Positions 41,915-54,467 of a stretch of 64,000 nucleotides of DNA are shown piece after piece (the first letter of the stretch is position 1; every line of letters begins with the position of its first letter). The DNA is taken from positions 74,834,001 to 74,898,000 of the forward strand of contig NC_043003.1 of the NCBI RefSeq assembly GCF_006345805.1, given 5' to 3'. The translations under genes and the position numbers were made by a program. The DNA comes from Octopus sinensis. Taxonomy: Eukaryota. The notes beneath the pieces were generated by a model. It was not told the origin of the DNA, made no database searches, and saw only the letters and a program-made list of their open reading frames with translations.

Positions 41915-42139
41915 TCTTTTACTCTTTTACTTGTTTCAGTCATTTGACTATGGCCATGCTTGGAGCACTGCCTTTAGTCAAGCAAATCGACCCCAGAACT
42001 TATTCTTTGTAAGCCTAGTACTTATTCTATCGGTCTCTTTCGCCGAACCGCTAAGTTACGGGAACGTAAACACCCAACCATCGGTTGTCAAGTGATGTTG
42101 GGGGGACAGACACAGACACAAAAACATGCACACACACAA

Positions 42140-42192
<53 letters not shown>

Positions 42193-42326
42193 GATATACA
42201 TATATACAACGGGCTTCTTTCAGTTTCCGTCTACCAAATCCACTCACAAGATTTTAGTCGGCCCGAAGCTATAGTAGAAGACACTTGCCCAAGGTGCCAC
42301 GCAGTGGGACTGAACCCGGAACCATT
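41915..42326 (-). mobile_element. Near full-length tRNA-derived SINE with CR1-like 3' tail
   Basis: Head ccgggttcagtcccactgcgtggcacc, central (CA/TA)n, tail gtttcagtcatttgactatggccatgcttggagcactgcc resembling CR1 3' end gtttcagcttatgagctgtggccatgctggggcaccgcc. Confidence 0.85.
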
Positions 42327-42954
42327 AATGGTTTCAAAGCTTGGTACAAAGCTAGGAATTGTGAGGGACGTTGTAAATCGATTACTTCGACCACCATTTT
42401 GGACTAGTAAGTGTTTCATCAACAACGAAAGAATGAATGTCAAAATCATCTTCGGCTAATTTGAGTGCAGAATTTAAAGGCAGAAGGACTGCCACTAAGA
42501 ATTTTCTCCAGCGTGCAAGCACTACAGCCAGTTCGTTACCTTACCGCCGATCATAATAATATATACATTATGAGACGCCAAAGACCATAAAGATTTTGCA
42601 TCTAAAAATGCAAACAGGTGAGGTGACATGTAACTGAAAATATGATGTCTGTCAAAAGATGTCCGTTTAAAAGACAATTATTCCTTCTTATAAAATTTGT
42701 AATAAAATCAATGAATAAAATTGTAATTACATGGCGAGGAATTTACGTAAGATATGTGAGGTACCCATAAGTATGATCTGTTACAATTCATTTATTTTAC
42801 GGCTGCCAGTAATCTGTTCAACATATTTGTTGGCTCTTTTTCATATTATTCCAAGTGCCTCAATGACAGTAGGTAATGTTGATTTGAAATGCCACATTCT
42901 TCTGATTTCTATCTCAAAATCCTTATATTTGCTCAATTTCTCAAAATTTTTTCC

Positions 42955-43006
<52 letters not shown>

Positions 43007-43014
43007 CATCATCA

Positions 43015-43056
<42 letters not shown>

Positions 43057-43155
43057 TATTATTATTATTATTATCATCATCATCATCATTATTATTATTA
43101 TATTATTATTATTATTATTATATTATTATTGTTATTATTATTATTATTATTATTA

Positions 43156-43188
<33 letters not shown>

Positions 43189-43220
43189 TATTATATTATT
43201 ATTATTATTATTATTATATA
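42955..43220 (+). repeat. Long (TAT/CAT)n microsatellite (~265 bp)
   Basis: Seen directly. Confidence 0.95.
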
Positions 43221-43532
43221 CGGTGCATATTATTTTTATCAACTGAACTGGAAGTACTTGAAGAGATAAATAATAGCGTGTAGAATTTTCTGATAAGATC
43301 TTTTGTATGGAAACAAATCGATGGCTAGCAGTGAGATTAGAATTCACATCTACAAAAGGGATCGACGTGCTAAACAGAAGCAGGATATCAATTTGTTCCC
43401 AGTTACTTTAGAGACTTTGTGCTAGCCAGCAAGAATTGTAAGATTTCTGTATGATTAGCTTGTTTAGGGGAAATGTAAGAATATGTACATGCATACAGCA
43501 TGCATACCTACATACATATATTCATAAAATTT

Positions 43533-43590
<58 letters not shown>

Positions 43591-43591
43591 G

Positions 43592-43752
43592 GCGCAAGAG
43601 TGGCTGTGTGGTAAGTAGCTTGCTTACCAACCTCATGGTTCCGTGTTCGGTCCCACTGCGTGGCACCTTGGGTACGTGTCTTCTACTATAGCCTCGGGCC
43701 GACCAAAGCCTTGTGAGTGGATTTGGTAGACGGAAACTGAAATAAGCTCGTC
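43592..43752 (+). mobile_element. tRNA-derived SINE head
   Basis: ggcgcaagagtggctgtgtggtaagtagc (A box) ... gtgttcggtcccactgcg (B box-like) ... ggtagacggaaactgaaa. Confidence 0.85.
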
Positions 43753-45248
43753 GTATATATGTATATATATATATATAAGTATACACACATACACACACAC
43801 GCACACACATGTATATAACCCTTCATGAGGAGAAACATAATTGTAGAATGCACCAAAATTCGTCACCGGATAGTCATTGTTTCTGATGTAATATCATTTA
43901 TAAAAACCTTGTCTATACAACGCATTCGTTCTCAGTATTAAGGAATCATCCTCTACGACAGAGCCAAATTATATCCATCATCGAACAGCTCGTTTCCCAT
44001 AATTCTCCCTGGTTTGTTTTTGCATTTGGATAAAGCTTACAAGTATGGTTGCAACTGCATGAAAGTTGTACTGCAGAAAATTCCTGGAAATTACGGGAAA
44101 ATAATAATTTTTTAAAGTTTTACATGAAAATATTCTGGCCCTATAGGTTATTCAATACAGTTTCCATTTATCAAATATCAGCATGTTTTAATTGACCTAC
44201 ATAACTTTACAGCCCGTTATTATATACTTACAACTTTACCTATTTTATCTTTTATACATAGATTTATAGCGGCAACATTAGCATTGTCTGTTTTATTCAA
44301 CACGGTATGTTTCGTTTGATATTACCACTTAGATTTGAATTCACATCGATATCCTCTCACTACTCCTCATTTCTTTAACCTATATTTGCGACCTTTCTTT
44401 AATAATCTGATAGAAAGGTCATCCTTTTTTCCATCTTCCTATTTCTTTATTAGTCTCTTTCAACCTACGGCAGCTTTTTCTTTCGTCCTGGACCATACAT
44501 GAATCCCCCTATTTCAAGGTGACTGCTTTTCATGTTTCCGTGTTTCAAATCCATTCAATTCCCATATTGGTACATCAAGGAAACTACTACCTGACAGAGG
44601 AAAGTCAGAGATAAACCACGTGGGCCTTCTAGCACACGCTATGACGTCTACACACAAATCCTTGACTGGATATTAAAGCTACTAGCAATGCATTCCGACA
44701 TTGCCTTGGTGTTATGACCTACAGCCATATTGCATTATTTGTTCCTTTCATATGGGCAGAACCGGCACAGCTGGTATATAAGTAACTGGATTACTGGCGT
44801 AACAGAAGTTATTGTTTGTTTAAAAGTGAAACTGGGAGGTACAATTTGCATGGGTTTGCATGATAGTGCTTTCTGTTCTTAAGAAAGATCACAAATTATG
44901 TATTGTTTCATGGTATTAGCGGGTGTTTATACGATTTTGCCCAGAAATCACGTTTTCAGAATTTTAATTCCACCCCCTCTCGTCTCCACCGCAATTTCTT
45001 GATCGTAACTTTTTTCAAAAATTTCTTTTTCTTCACGTAGTAAAATAAAGAGAAAACGAATTTGGAAAATAAATATATATATATATATATATAATTTTGT
45101 GAAATAGAAAGATGAATAATCTTGTAGCAGATTAATCAAAAGTTTAACCGATACCTTGGTAGCAAAAATCATAGCAGAAAACAGCACGGTTGGAGGTACT
45201 ACCATATGGTGTTGCAACCGTGCGTTGGTGCGGATAATTGAACTTAAA

Positions 45249-46081
45249 ATATTATTGGTGAATTGAAGAAATGGAGCTGAACGAAGATTGAACAGAAATC
45301 GTCTTATTTCATTCTACACGTGTTTCGAAAGGCACAATTTACCAAAATCCGATTGAATAATGAGACCATATTGTGTCTTTCTCTTCAGGAAGAAATAGGA
45401 AATCCGTTGGAAAAACAAAAACAGAACAGAGGCGGAGCAAAACAAATCGAACTAAGCTCCTAAGAGCCCATGGCAAAACTGTTTATCAGTGTATGTTGAG
45501 AACCGGTGGCTGAAGAGTTTAACGGGTCAGGCAGCGGTCAATCATGTGGGTGAGGGTGTGTAGATGTTCTTTGTGGCCGAGAATAAAGTTCAGACTATTT
45601 AAGGAATATTGGATGTTTTATAAGGGGCGAGAAAAACTCTACTTAGAGACATGTGTGTGTATACTGTTCTATATATGTGTGTGCTGGCGTAGGGGTAGAA
45701 AACATTTTTTGTGTACGTGTGTGCGTTTGATCGCTCGGCTGTCAGTGGCTAAGCCGCTCTCCACAATGGCTACTGCAGTAAGAACCGTTGGGTGGCAGAA
45801 AAAAAAAATATATATTATATATTATGTTTTATGTGTGTGTGTGTTCGTCTGAGCCTGCCTTGTCAAAAAACCAAGCCCCGTTTATCTTACAGGAGTAATT
45901 CCCCTTGCAGTGGTTAATCGTAAATATCTTAAAGGCTATTTCAGAATTTGTTACCAAGGGCTATGGGTGCCGGTATTATTTATAAACGCTATTTAAAAGC
46001 CAGATAAGTGTAACGCCGCCAATGGGGGCATCGAAAAGCCGACTGTAAAAGTCCGTTTACCATCCGGCCTCTGGCAAACAA
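45249..46081 (-). repeat. Inverted copy of ORF end + 3' terminal repeat (48865-49471), containing an extra 227 bp
   Basis: Reverse-complement match with few differences; extra segment 45373-45599 bounded by a TATT microhomology. Confidence 0.95.
45305..45397 (-). ncRNA. Type I hammerhead ribozyme in the inverted terminal repeat of the Naiad element
   Basis: tatttcttc CTGAAGA gaaagacacaat-[31 nt]-attgtgcctttc GAAA CACGTG TA gaatgaaata; stems I, II and III pair; predicted GUA cleavage between 45315 and 45314. Confidence 0.8.
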
Positions 46082-46270
46082 TTATCCGCACCAACGCACG
46101 GTTGCAACACCATATGGTAGTACCTCCAACCGTGCTGTTTTCTGCTGTGATTTTTGCTACCAAGGTATCGGTTAAACTTTTGATTAATCTGCTACAAGAT
46201 TATTCATCTTTCTATTTCACATAATACATACCGCTTCGTCAAGAAACTGCTACTTTAACCGATACCAATA

Positions 46271-48957
46271 ATGGAGTTGTTCGAGACTGATGCGTCCCTT
46301 AAGGATATTCCTATACCACCGAAGGACGCCTTCCTTAAGGAGTTGGTTTGTAAAACCAACGCATTCATAAACCGGATAGGATGGCTCGTTTTCTTCCATG
46401 AGAACGAAGATCTAAAATCGAACCGGACAACAGCATCGTCCGAATACGGCCGGCTTTTTAAAACATTGGATACGCCGCCACCTAACCCAAGACTGAAGAA
46501 ATTTGAGGACGACTTGTGGGACATAGTTAGAAAGATTAAGTTCAGAAGTCACCCAGGAGAAATGCCCACCTCAGATACCTAGATAAAATTACCAAGGACA
46601 TTAATAGAACGGACGGAGTCCTGGTCCAGTCCGACAAGACCAGGAACACATACAAGCTACCCATTAAGCAGTACCTAGATTTACTCGGTAAAGAGATCAA
46701 GAAAAATTATAGAAAAACCAATTGGAGTACCCTGAGGAAGGTAAACTTGGAAATTAAGGAAATAATATTTAAACACCGAATTCAAATGAGAACTCAGCCG
46801 CTTAGCCCTAATCAACCCAGATTTATAGTGAAGGACCATAAACCGAACTTCCACACCAACCCAGCGCTAAGACTCATATGCCTTGCTAGATCTGATATCG
46901 GGATAATCAGTAAGTACATTTTAGATAAATATATCCCTAGTTTAGTAAACAAGCTGAAGCTCAGCCTCTGGGCCAACTCCTCGCAGGTAGTGAAGTGGTT
47001 CTCTTCAATCCCCAATAAGAACCGTACTAGGTTCATTCAGTTTGATATCGCCAGCTTCTACACCTCGATTAACCCTAGTGTGCTAAATAAGGCCCTTTGG
47101 CATGCTCACAACAAGGCTGGCCTCACCAGAGAAGAGATAGATATCATTTTAGTTGCCAGGAAATCGTTTATTAAGTTTGATAATAAGTTGTGGATCCGTA
47201 AAGATACTCCCAATGAATTTGATGTGCCTATGGGTAGTTCGGATAGTGCGCAGATAGCCGATTTGGTCGGAATATATATTCTCTACGAATTGTCCGACCA
47301 ATTCCCGGAGATCGCGGGCGGCCTGTATCGTGACGATTGTCTGTTTTACCTGCAAAACACCACGAACAGAATAGTGCAGAAAACTAAGAGCAGGTTACCT
47401 AGGTTTTTTAATAGAATGGGCATGAGTATAGGTTTAGATAATGAACTCACCAAGGCTAATTTCCTAGACGTTACACTTAACCTTAATAGCGACTCATACT
47501 GCCCTTACCATAAGCCTTCCACTAATTTGAAGTATGTCAGTGTCTTCTCAAATCATGCCAAAACCGTAACAGACAATTTGGTTAAAAACATCTCTCTAAG
47601 ATTGTCTGGCTTGTCCGCCAGTGCCGATATTTTTATGCAGAAAGCGGAATTTTATAACGCCGCACTATCCAAGGCCGGTTATAGGCAGAAGGTAATTTAT
47701 ATTGATTCGGCCCTCCCGATGCCATCATTCGGTCATCAGGATAGGACCGTCTATAATAACATAAACAATTTAAGTAAGGACGGGAGCGCGGCGGATGCCG
47801 GGGCAGTCGCTCCCGCATTTAATTTAGTGAACAAGGATAATTATCGGTCCGGGAGATCTTACACTAACCCAAGACCCTTTATTCATCCGAGAATCACCCA
47901 CCCGAATGCGAGAGCTGGCGTCCCGACCCATCACACAGATAGGAATAAGCATATATGGTTTGTAATTCCCTTTGGTAAGCAGATTAGAACTAACCTCCCC
48001 CTCATGTTTAGACAGGCCATCGCCAATAACTTCCCCAGAAATTCCAAATATTACTCCACGGTTAACTCGCATAAAGTTAGGATAGCTTTCTCCAACACTA
48101 AAAACCTCGCCCAGATAATCACCTCCCACAATAATAGGCTACTTACTAAGACCCTATCACCTTTTTCCGGAGGCACAGCCTCTTCCGCTCCCGGTTTAAT
48201 GATCAGTAGGAATAATTATAGTAGTAATAATGATATGAGAGCCAGTACAGTGACACATAATCTCAGCTCCAGCCAGGGAGTACCCACTAGGGGTATAGTT
48301 ATAAATAGGGGTGTTGTGGTTGACGGTAACAATGGGAGTAGGGTAGAGAGCCCCAATAGCATCCCCAGCATCATTTCCCGCAATAGCAGCACCACGGGCA
48401 CTAGCAATGACAGCACTCTGATAGATAGTGGAGAATCAGGGGTTATTCCTATAGTTAATAGTGACGTAGTGGAAAATAGAGTAGTAAGCGGCTGCAGTTC
48501 TCGGAACGAATATAGTGACAGGAACGCAGTTCTAATTTCAGAAACTAATCCTAGCAGAATAAGATTCACGTCGGCGAATTCCAAGATCAAAAACGCCGTC
48601 TACCAATGCAAGGTTTACACGGACTCAGATGTCTTCACTTATGTAGGGGCCTCATCGTCAAGATTGGCTTTGCGAGTCTCCAACCATTACGCAACTTTTC
48701 GGGACATGAACAAGCGCCAGACCACGGGACTCAGCAAGCTAATATGGCGACTGAAGGATACGAACTCAAGCTACAGGCTGGAATGGTCAATTTTGTCGGT
48801 GGCCCTCCCATTTGATAGGGGCAGAAGGCAGTGCAACATTTGTGTCTCCGAACTCGTCCATATTTTGTTTGCCAGAGGCCGGATGGTAAACGGACTTTTA
48901 CAGTCGGCTTTTCGATGCCCCCATTGGCGGCGTTACACTTATCTGGCTTTTAAATAG
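46271..48957 (+). CDS. PLE polyprotein (reverse transcriptase + GIY-YIG endonuclease), ~895 aa, with one frameshift at ~46540-46580
   Basis: SLKDIPIPPKD..., QSDKTRNTYKL, KDHKPNF, FIQFDIASFYTSI, FDVPMGSSDSAQIADLVG, GLYRDD, NFLDVTLNL, AVYQCKV..YVGAS, LSKLIWRLK, CNICVSE, CPH; upstream frame open 46271-46582, downstream frame open 46540-48957. Confidence 0.9.
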
Positions 48958-51916
48958 CGTTTATAAATAATACCGGCACCCATAGCCCTTGGTAACAAAT
49001 TCTGAAATAGCCTTTAAAATATTTACGATTAACCACTGCAAGGGGAATTACTCCTGTAAGATAAACGGGGCTTGGTTTTTTGACAAGGCAGGCTCAGACG
49101 AACACACACACACATAAAACATAATATATAATATATATATTTTTTTTCTGCCACCCAACGGTTCTTACTGCAGTAGCCATTGTGGAGAGCGGCTTAGCCA
49201 CTGACAGCCGAGCGATCAAACGCACACACGTACACAAAAAAATGTTTTCTACCCCTACGCCAGCACACACATATATAGAACAGTATACACACACATGTCT
49301 CTAAGTAGAGTTTTTCTCGCCCCTTATAAAACATCCAATATTCCTTAAATATGGTCTCATTATTCAATCGGATTTTGGTAAATTGTGCCTTTCGAAACAC
49401 GTGTAGAATGAAATAAAACGATTTCTGTTCAATCTTCGTTCAGCTCCATTTCTTCAATTCACCAATAATATATATATATATATATATATGTGTGGGTGTG
49501 TGTGTGTGTGTGTGTGTGTTAGTGCGCGCGTGTGTGTGTATGTATACACACATATCTTTCAAAATTTTATTTTTCTTAAGAAATACTCAATGCCCCTTCC
49601 CCTACTCGTCCACCCATCATCTACCGCTTTCAAAAAAGCTAAAACCTCCCGATGTTTCGTTTGATGTATCCCGCATGCGTAGAATCTTACTGCAGACGTC
49701 AAAAATACCATACCACCACCGAAAAACCAGACATGCTAGAAATAACATGTAAACGACATTATTTCTGAAGAAACTTGTCCTCTTTCCAAAAAGTTAAAAA
49801 TTAAACACTGCAAGTTTGCAGCTTTTTGAATGTGGTGAGTCGATGGGTGCATGTTTGGAAAGGAGAAAAAAAGGAAGAAGAAAATTCTTAAAGATTCCTT
49901 CTCTGTTTCTTTCTCTGTGGATTACCGAGAAAAAAATTGCAAAATAGTAGAAATGAAAATCATTGAGAGTGGGGAGGGAGAACATTAAAATATTGAGAAC
50001 GTTTGTCTTGGGCGAAATCCTAATCTCGTGAATCAAAAACATGAGGATCGGAAAAAAATCGAGAAAAAAATAAGGGGAGGGGGAACAAGTGTCACCTTGG
50101 GCATGCAAAAAATAACAGCTAAAGGACAAAATTTCTGGAAAAACGTCCTTAGCAGTTTATATCGAATGATATGTTTTTATATATGCTCATCACAAACACA
50201 AATTACAGAATAGAAAAATGTCATTTCCATTGCATTTGAGCCGTAATTTTGCGCGAGAACATAGCAAGAGATAGCATAATTCGCACAGAAGTTTACCTAG
50301 AAAGAGTGTGTATATGCGTGCGCGCATGGTCTTGTGTGCTCCTGTGTGTATGTGCCGAAGGAAGTTATTTCATGGCATTCTTACATTTGAAGTAGCATAG
50401 TTGTTAACTCCATTACATGGTCGATCATATTGGATCATATGATTGTTCTTTTATTTAGGTATTTTTTTTTATTTGTTTGTGCTTTGAAGAGAGCAGAAAT
50501 TGAAAGGGAGGAGAAAGTGAAAAGGTGACATTTGCATTGCAGTGAGAGCAGGACGTGAAAGAGAGGAGAAAGGGAAAGCTGTATGCACGTGTGTGTATGA
50601 AATGGACGTGTGTTTGCATGTACATGAGAGTGGGAGAGAGAGAGTGTGAAGGTGTATGTTGTCATGTACGTATTTTCTGCATTTATGTTTAAGTGGCACT
50701 TACTCTGTCTCTCTCTCTCTTTCCCTCTCTCTTTCTCTCTCTCTCTTTCCCTCTCTCTTTCTCTCTCTCTTTCCCTCTCTCTTTCTCTCTCTCTCTCTCT
50801 CTGTAACAAACACATACACTAAAACGCGTTATCTTTCAAATACACATACATAAATACATATTAGTCGTATGTATGTATGCGTGTACGTATGCATATGAGA
50901 GAAAGAGAGAGTGAGTGGCTAATTTCTCATTACAAATTGAGTAATGGATGTCTTTTAATGGTCGAGGCTTTTTTTTAAATACAATATATATGAGCACATT
51001 TTCATAAATGTTTGTCATAGTAGAATTCAACGCATGCGTGAAACATCCGACGAAAGTGACACATTAGAAGCAAATCGAAAAATTGCTCGAAAATGACCTC
51101 AAAATCGTGCGTTTCCGAGGTTATTTTCGTAGTAAAAAAGGAGTTGTGCCAGAAATATAGTGTATTTGGTAGCCTTTATCTTGAGTCATCCCATAAACAA
51201 GGCGGTTTTTTTATGTTTCTTTTCTTTTTAAAAATTAAGGTTTACAAAGTCCTTTCTCAATCTAAAATATACTCTCTGTTATTTTCTACAACGCACTTCC
51301 ATGAAACTGGTAGACTTGCAAATCCCCACTACCAAAATTCACTTGACCGTGACGAAAAATACTTCCCCAGTACTTTTCTGACCTTGCCTATAGAATTCAT
51401 ATGTTTCCGTTCAAATTATTTTGAAGAATGTGCAATAAATGATAATCAGATGGGACAATATCTGGCGAATATGGTGGGTGGGGTATCGTTTCACATTCAA
51501 ACTGCTCTAACATTTATATCAATTGGAAAAGCCGAATAACCCATGGGATGACCCAATAGATTTCGTTAGATGTTGAACAGCTTTCTTTCTTACAGTACAG
51601 AGGTAACTAATTCGGAGAAACTTTACTTTTATTATTCACACATCGTCACTCCGAAAATGCAACGCTGTAATGTTGGTCCAAATTGACAGTGGGAAACTAT
51701 TTTTCTTTTCTAATGAAACCTGCTCTTTGTAGAGACGGGTCTTTCAAATAACTAGCACTGGTTGCTGAGATAAGAACGAGATTATGTAAATGAAAATAAA
51801 GTTTGGTTGGTAACCGAAAGATTACTTAATCGTTTGATACTCTATACATAAAAACCCAGTTCTCGAAGGCATAAGGAAGATAAATACACACACACACACA
51901 CACAAATTCTGTTATG

Positions 51917-51994
<78 letters not shown>

Positions 51995-52799
51995 TTTTAT
52001 TTAATGAATTCATAACATTCTACATTTATTTTATTACATTTATTTTATTACGTCAACAATAAAACTTCAGTTTAAATAGTGATTTTCAAGGGACTATATG
52101 ACTATTAACTAATACCGTGTTGTAAACTGCCATCTGTTTTCTAGTGTGATGTTATGATATGTGCTTATTCATAGATATCCTTTATGCTTTATGAATTTTC
52201 CTTTGTGTGTATTCGAATATAATGTGAAGCAAATATTGAATATATAGAAATACAATGTCTGTTAAGATTTACGGAGTGTATAGAGCCAAACAGGCACACA
52301 TAATCACAAATATATTATAATATTTTCATTATTCTACTCGTGTATACATACGTCCAGTGAAGGTGGATGAGTAATCATTAGTAAAATTGATATAACGTAG
52401 CATTTTAGATTTATATCAAATCTAAGCGAAGTATAAAGTTCATCAATAGTTCACCTTTGCAAATACTACTAGGTTCCGTTTGGCTTACACAATATATATG
52501 GCAGAAATTTTAGTGTTGCAATGGACGAAAAAGAAAATAAATCTTTCAACTATAAAGTCTTTATTGCTTCTCACTGTAAACTGCCTGTGTTCCATAGACT
52601 CCTGCTTTTGAGGGCAATGTTTTGCAACTGCAACTTTCACTGGCCTGCCAGTACTTATTTTTTCGTTTCTTAGTGCAACATTTTCCGAAGTTCTTATGTT
52701 CCTGAAACAGTGCTAAGTTCTACAATACGATTCAAATCGTCAGTAACTCGTGGGTGCATTAACGGTTGCTATTCATATTGTAGTTGGATAACATCGCTT

Positions 52800-53010
52800 T
52801 CAACTTTCGGCACAAGGCCAGCAATTTTCTGAAAGGGCAAAGTCGATTACATTGACACTAGTGCTCAACTGGTACTTATCTTAAGGACGCCAAAAAGATG
52901 AAAGGCAAAGCTGAGTCAGCCGAATTTGAACTCAGAACACAAAGATGCACGAAATATCACTAAGCATTTTCCTCGGCGTGCTAACGATTCTGCTAGCTGA
53001 TCGCCTTGCT
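52800..53010 (-). mobile_element. tRNA-derived SINE
   Basis: ctggtacttatc...gatgaaaggcaaag...gaatttgaactcagaac...ggcgtgctaacgattctgc. Confidence 0.8.
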
Positions 53011-53701
53011 ATTGGATAATATCACAATTATCACTTTTATAGTTTGTTCAACGAGTTAAAGCCTCCGTAGTTTTGTGCAAAATACTTTAACTTATACTGC
53101 TACAGATGAAAATAATTTGCACATGTCACATACTGAAAATAAGGTATCAAATTCTGTCGACATGTCAAAATAAATATGAACAGGAATTTTAACAATTACA
53201 GAAGCGTTTGTTAATTACTGTTACAAACAAATTCATTTTTCTTTCTCTTAGGAATTTGGTACGATTGTGCCTGAGTTGATAGAGAGGCGGTCAATTAGTA
53301 AGGTCGCATCTTTCCAACCTGCTTATTTCTTATGTTCATTCTTTTTATTTGTCTCTCCTGCTCTCTCTCCCCCTTTCGCTCTCTGTATATATATATATGT
53401 ACACACACGCATATATATATCCTTGTATCTCTGAAACGGCTACCATCGAAAATGAAAGAGACCGACACAGAAAACTCACCTGACTACGGATTAATAGAAT
53501 TTACATTTATTATTAGGTATGACTAACTATAAGAAAGAATCATGCTTAAACATTGACATCATATTATGATAATTCCCGATTTGTATAAGATGCCTGATTA
53601 GTATAGGGTTCATGTATCACAGTAGCACACTTCAGTTTTGAAAGTATAAAAGCATTTAGGTTATGTGTAGATTATATATTCTAACCCCAAATGTGAACGT
53701 T

Positions 53702-53742
<41 letters not shown>

Positions 53743-53908
53743 CCTTTCTCACAAGCTATTGGAATCTTAGATATATACCATTCTGCCTAAAAAATGGATC
53801 TACAAATTCAATATCCCTACATATCTCGCATCTATTTTCTTTCCTCCACCTCATTCTCTATTTTGTATCCTATTTAAATTAATTATTACTTAACCATCCT
53901 CTCACACC

Positions 53909-53960
53909 GTCTCGTATGACGGGATATAATTAATAAATATCATGAAAACAGCTATAAGAC
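53909..53960 (+). ncRNA. Degenerate hammerhead-like motif (family of 60965-61016)
   Basis: gtct CGTATGA cgggatat..atatcat GAAA acagcta TA agac; flanks homologous to 60900-61050. Confidence 0.35.
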
Positions 53961-54289
53961 CTATCTATAAATGTTCTAATATCTACACACTCAATCTCAT
54001 TACGCAATAAATGTATATATATATATATGCATGTATATTTTGATATTGATATGTACACTTTTTAACTTCTAATTTTACATTTAGTGATTTGTATATACCT
54101 GTGATTTTGTTCATGGTTGGTTACAGACCATGCAACAACGTGTTTGCTTTACCTAATGTAGAACTTCATGTACGTGTTTCTGTAACTGATGTATGGTTTA
54201 AGTTTAAGTATTTCTCTCTACTAATACCTAAGCGGAGACTAACTACAATTGGTAACCTATTTCTTTATTATCCACAAGGGGCTAAACAC

Positions 54290-54467
54290 AGAGAGGACAA
54301 ACAAGGGCAGACAAAGAGATTAAGACGATTATAACGACCCCAGTGCACAACTGGTACTTATTTAATCGACCCCGAAAGGATGAAAGGCAAAGTCGACCTC
54401 GGCAGAATTTGAACTCAGAACGTAGCATTTTGCCCGTCGTCCTAACGTTTCTGCCAGCTCGCCGACA
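54290..54467 (-). mobile_element. tRNA-derived SINE
   Basis: ctggtacttatttaatcgaccccgaaaggatgaaaggcaaagtcgacctcggcagaatttgaactcagaacg...ccagctcgccg. Confidence 0.85.

Larger units (their letters stand above)
45098..49471 (+). mobile_element. Young Penelope-like retroelement, Naiad-type, with inverted 5' terminal repeat
   Basis: RT + C-terminal GIY-YIG ORF; 45249-46081 is an inverted copy of 48865-49471; 45098-45240 is an inverted copy of 46079-46221; (TA)n on both flanks; visibly higher GC than the flanks. Confidence 0.92.

Noticed and set aside
45373-45599. Extra 227 bp in the 5' repeat as a spliced intron (PLEs can carry introns)
   Set aside because: No register of the AATA/TATT microhomology gives GT-AG, GC-AG or AT-AC ends that reproduce the 3' copy junction on either strand; better explained as a deletion
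48216-48590. 124-aa antisense ORF (and other antisense ORFs over the PLE and CR1)
   Set aside because: Shadow frames of GC-richer coding sequence with no recognisable motifs
46271-48957. Selenoprotein-type Naiad (UGA recoding)
   Set aside because: No in-frame TGA in the coding frames, so no recoding needs to be invoked
51093-51539. 148-aa ORF
   Set aside because: No motif, TTG start, composition like AT-rich non-coding DNA
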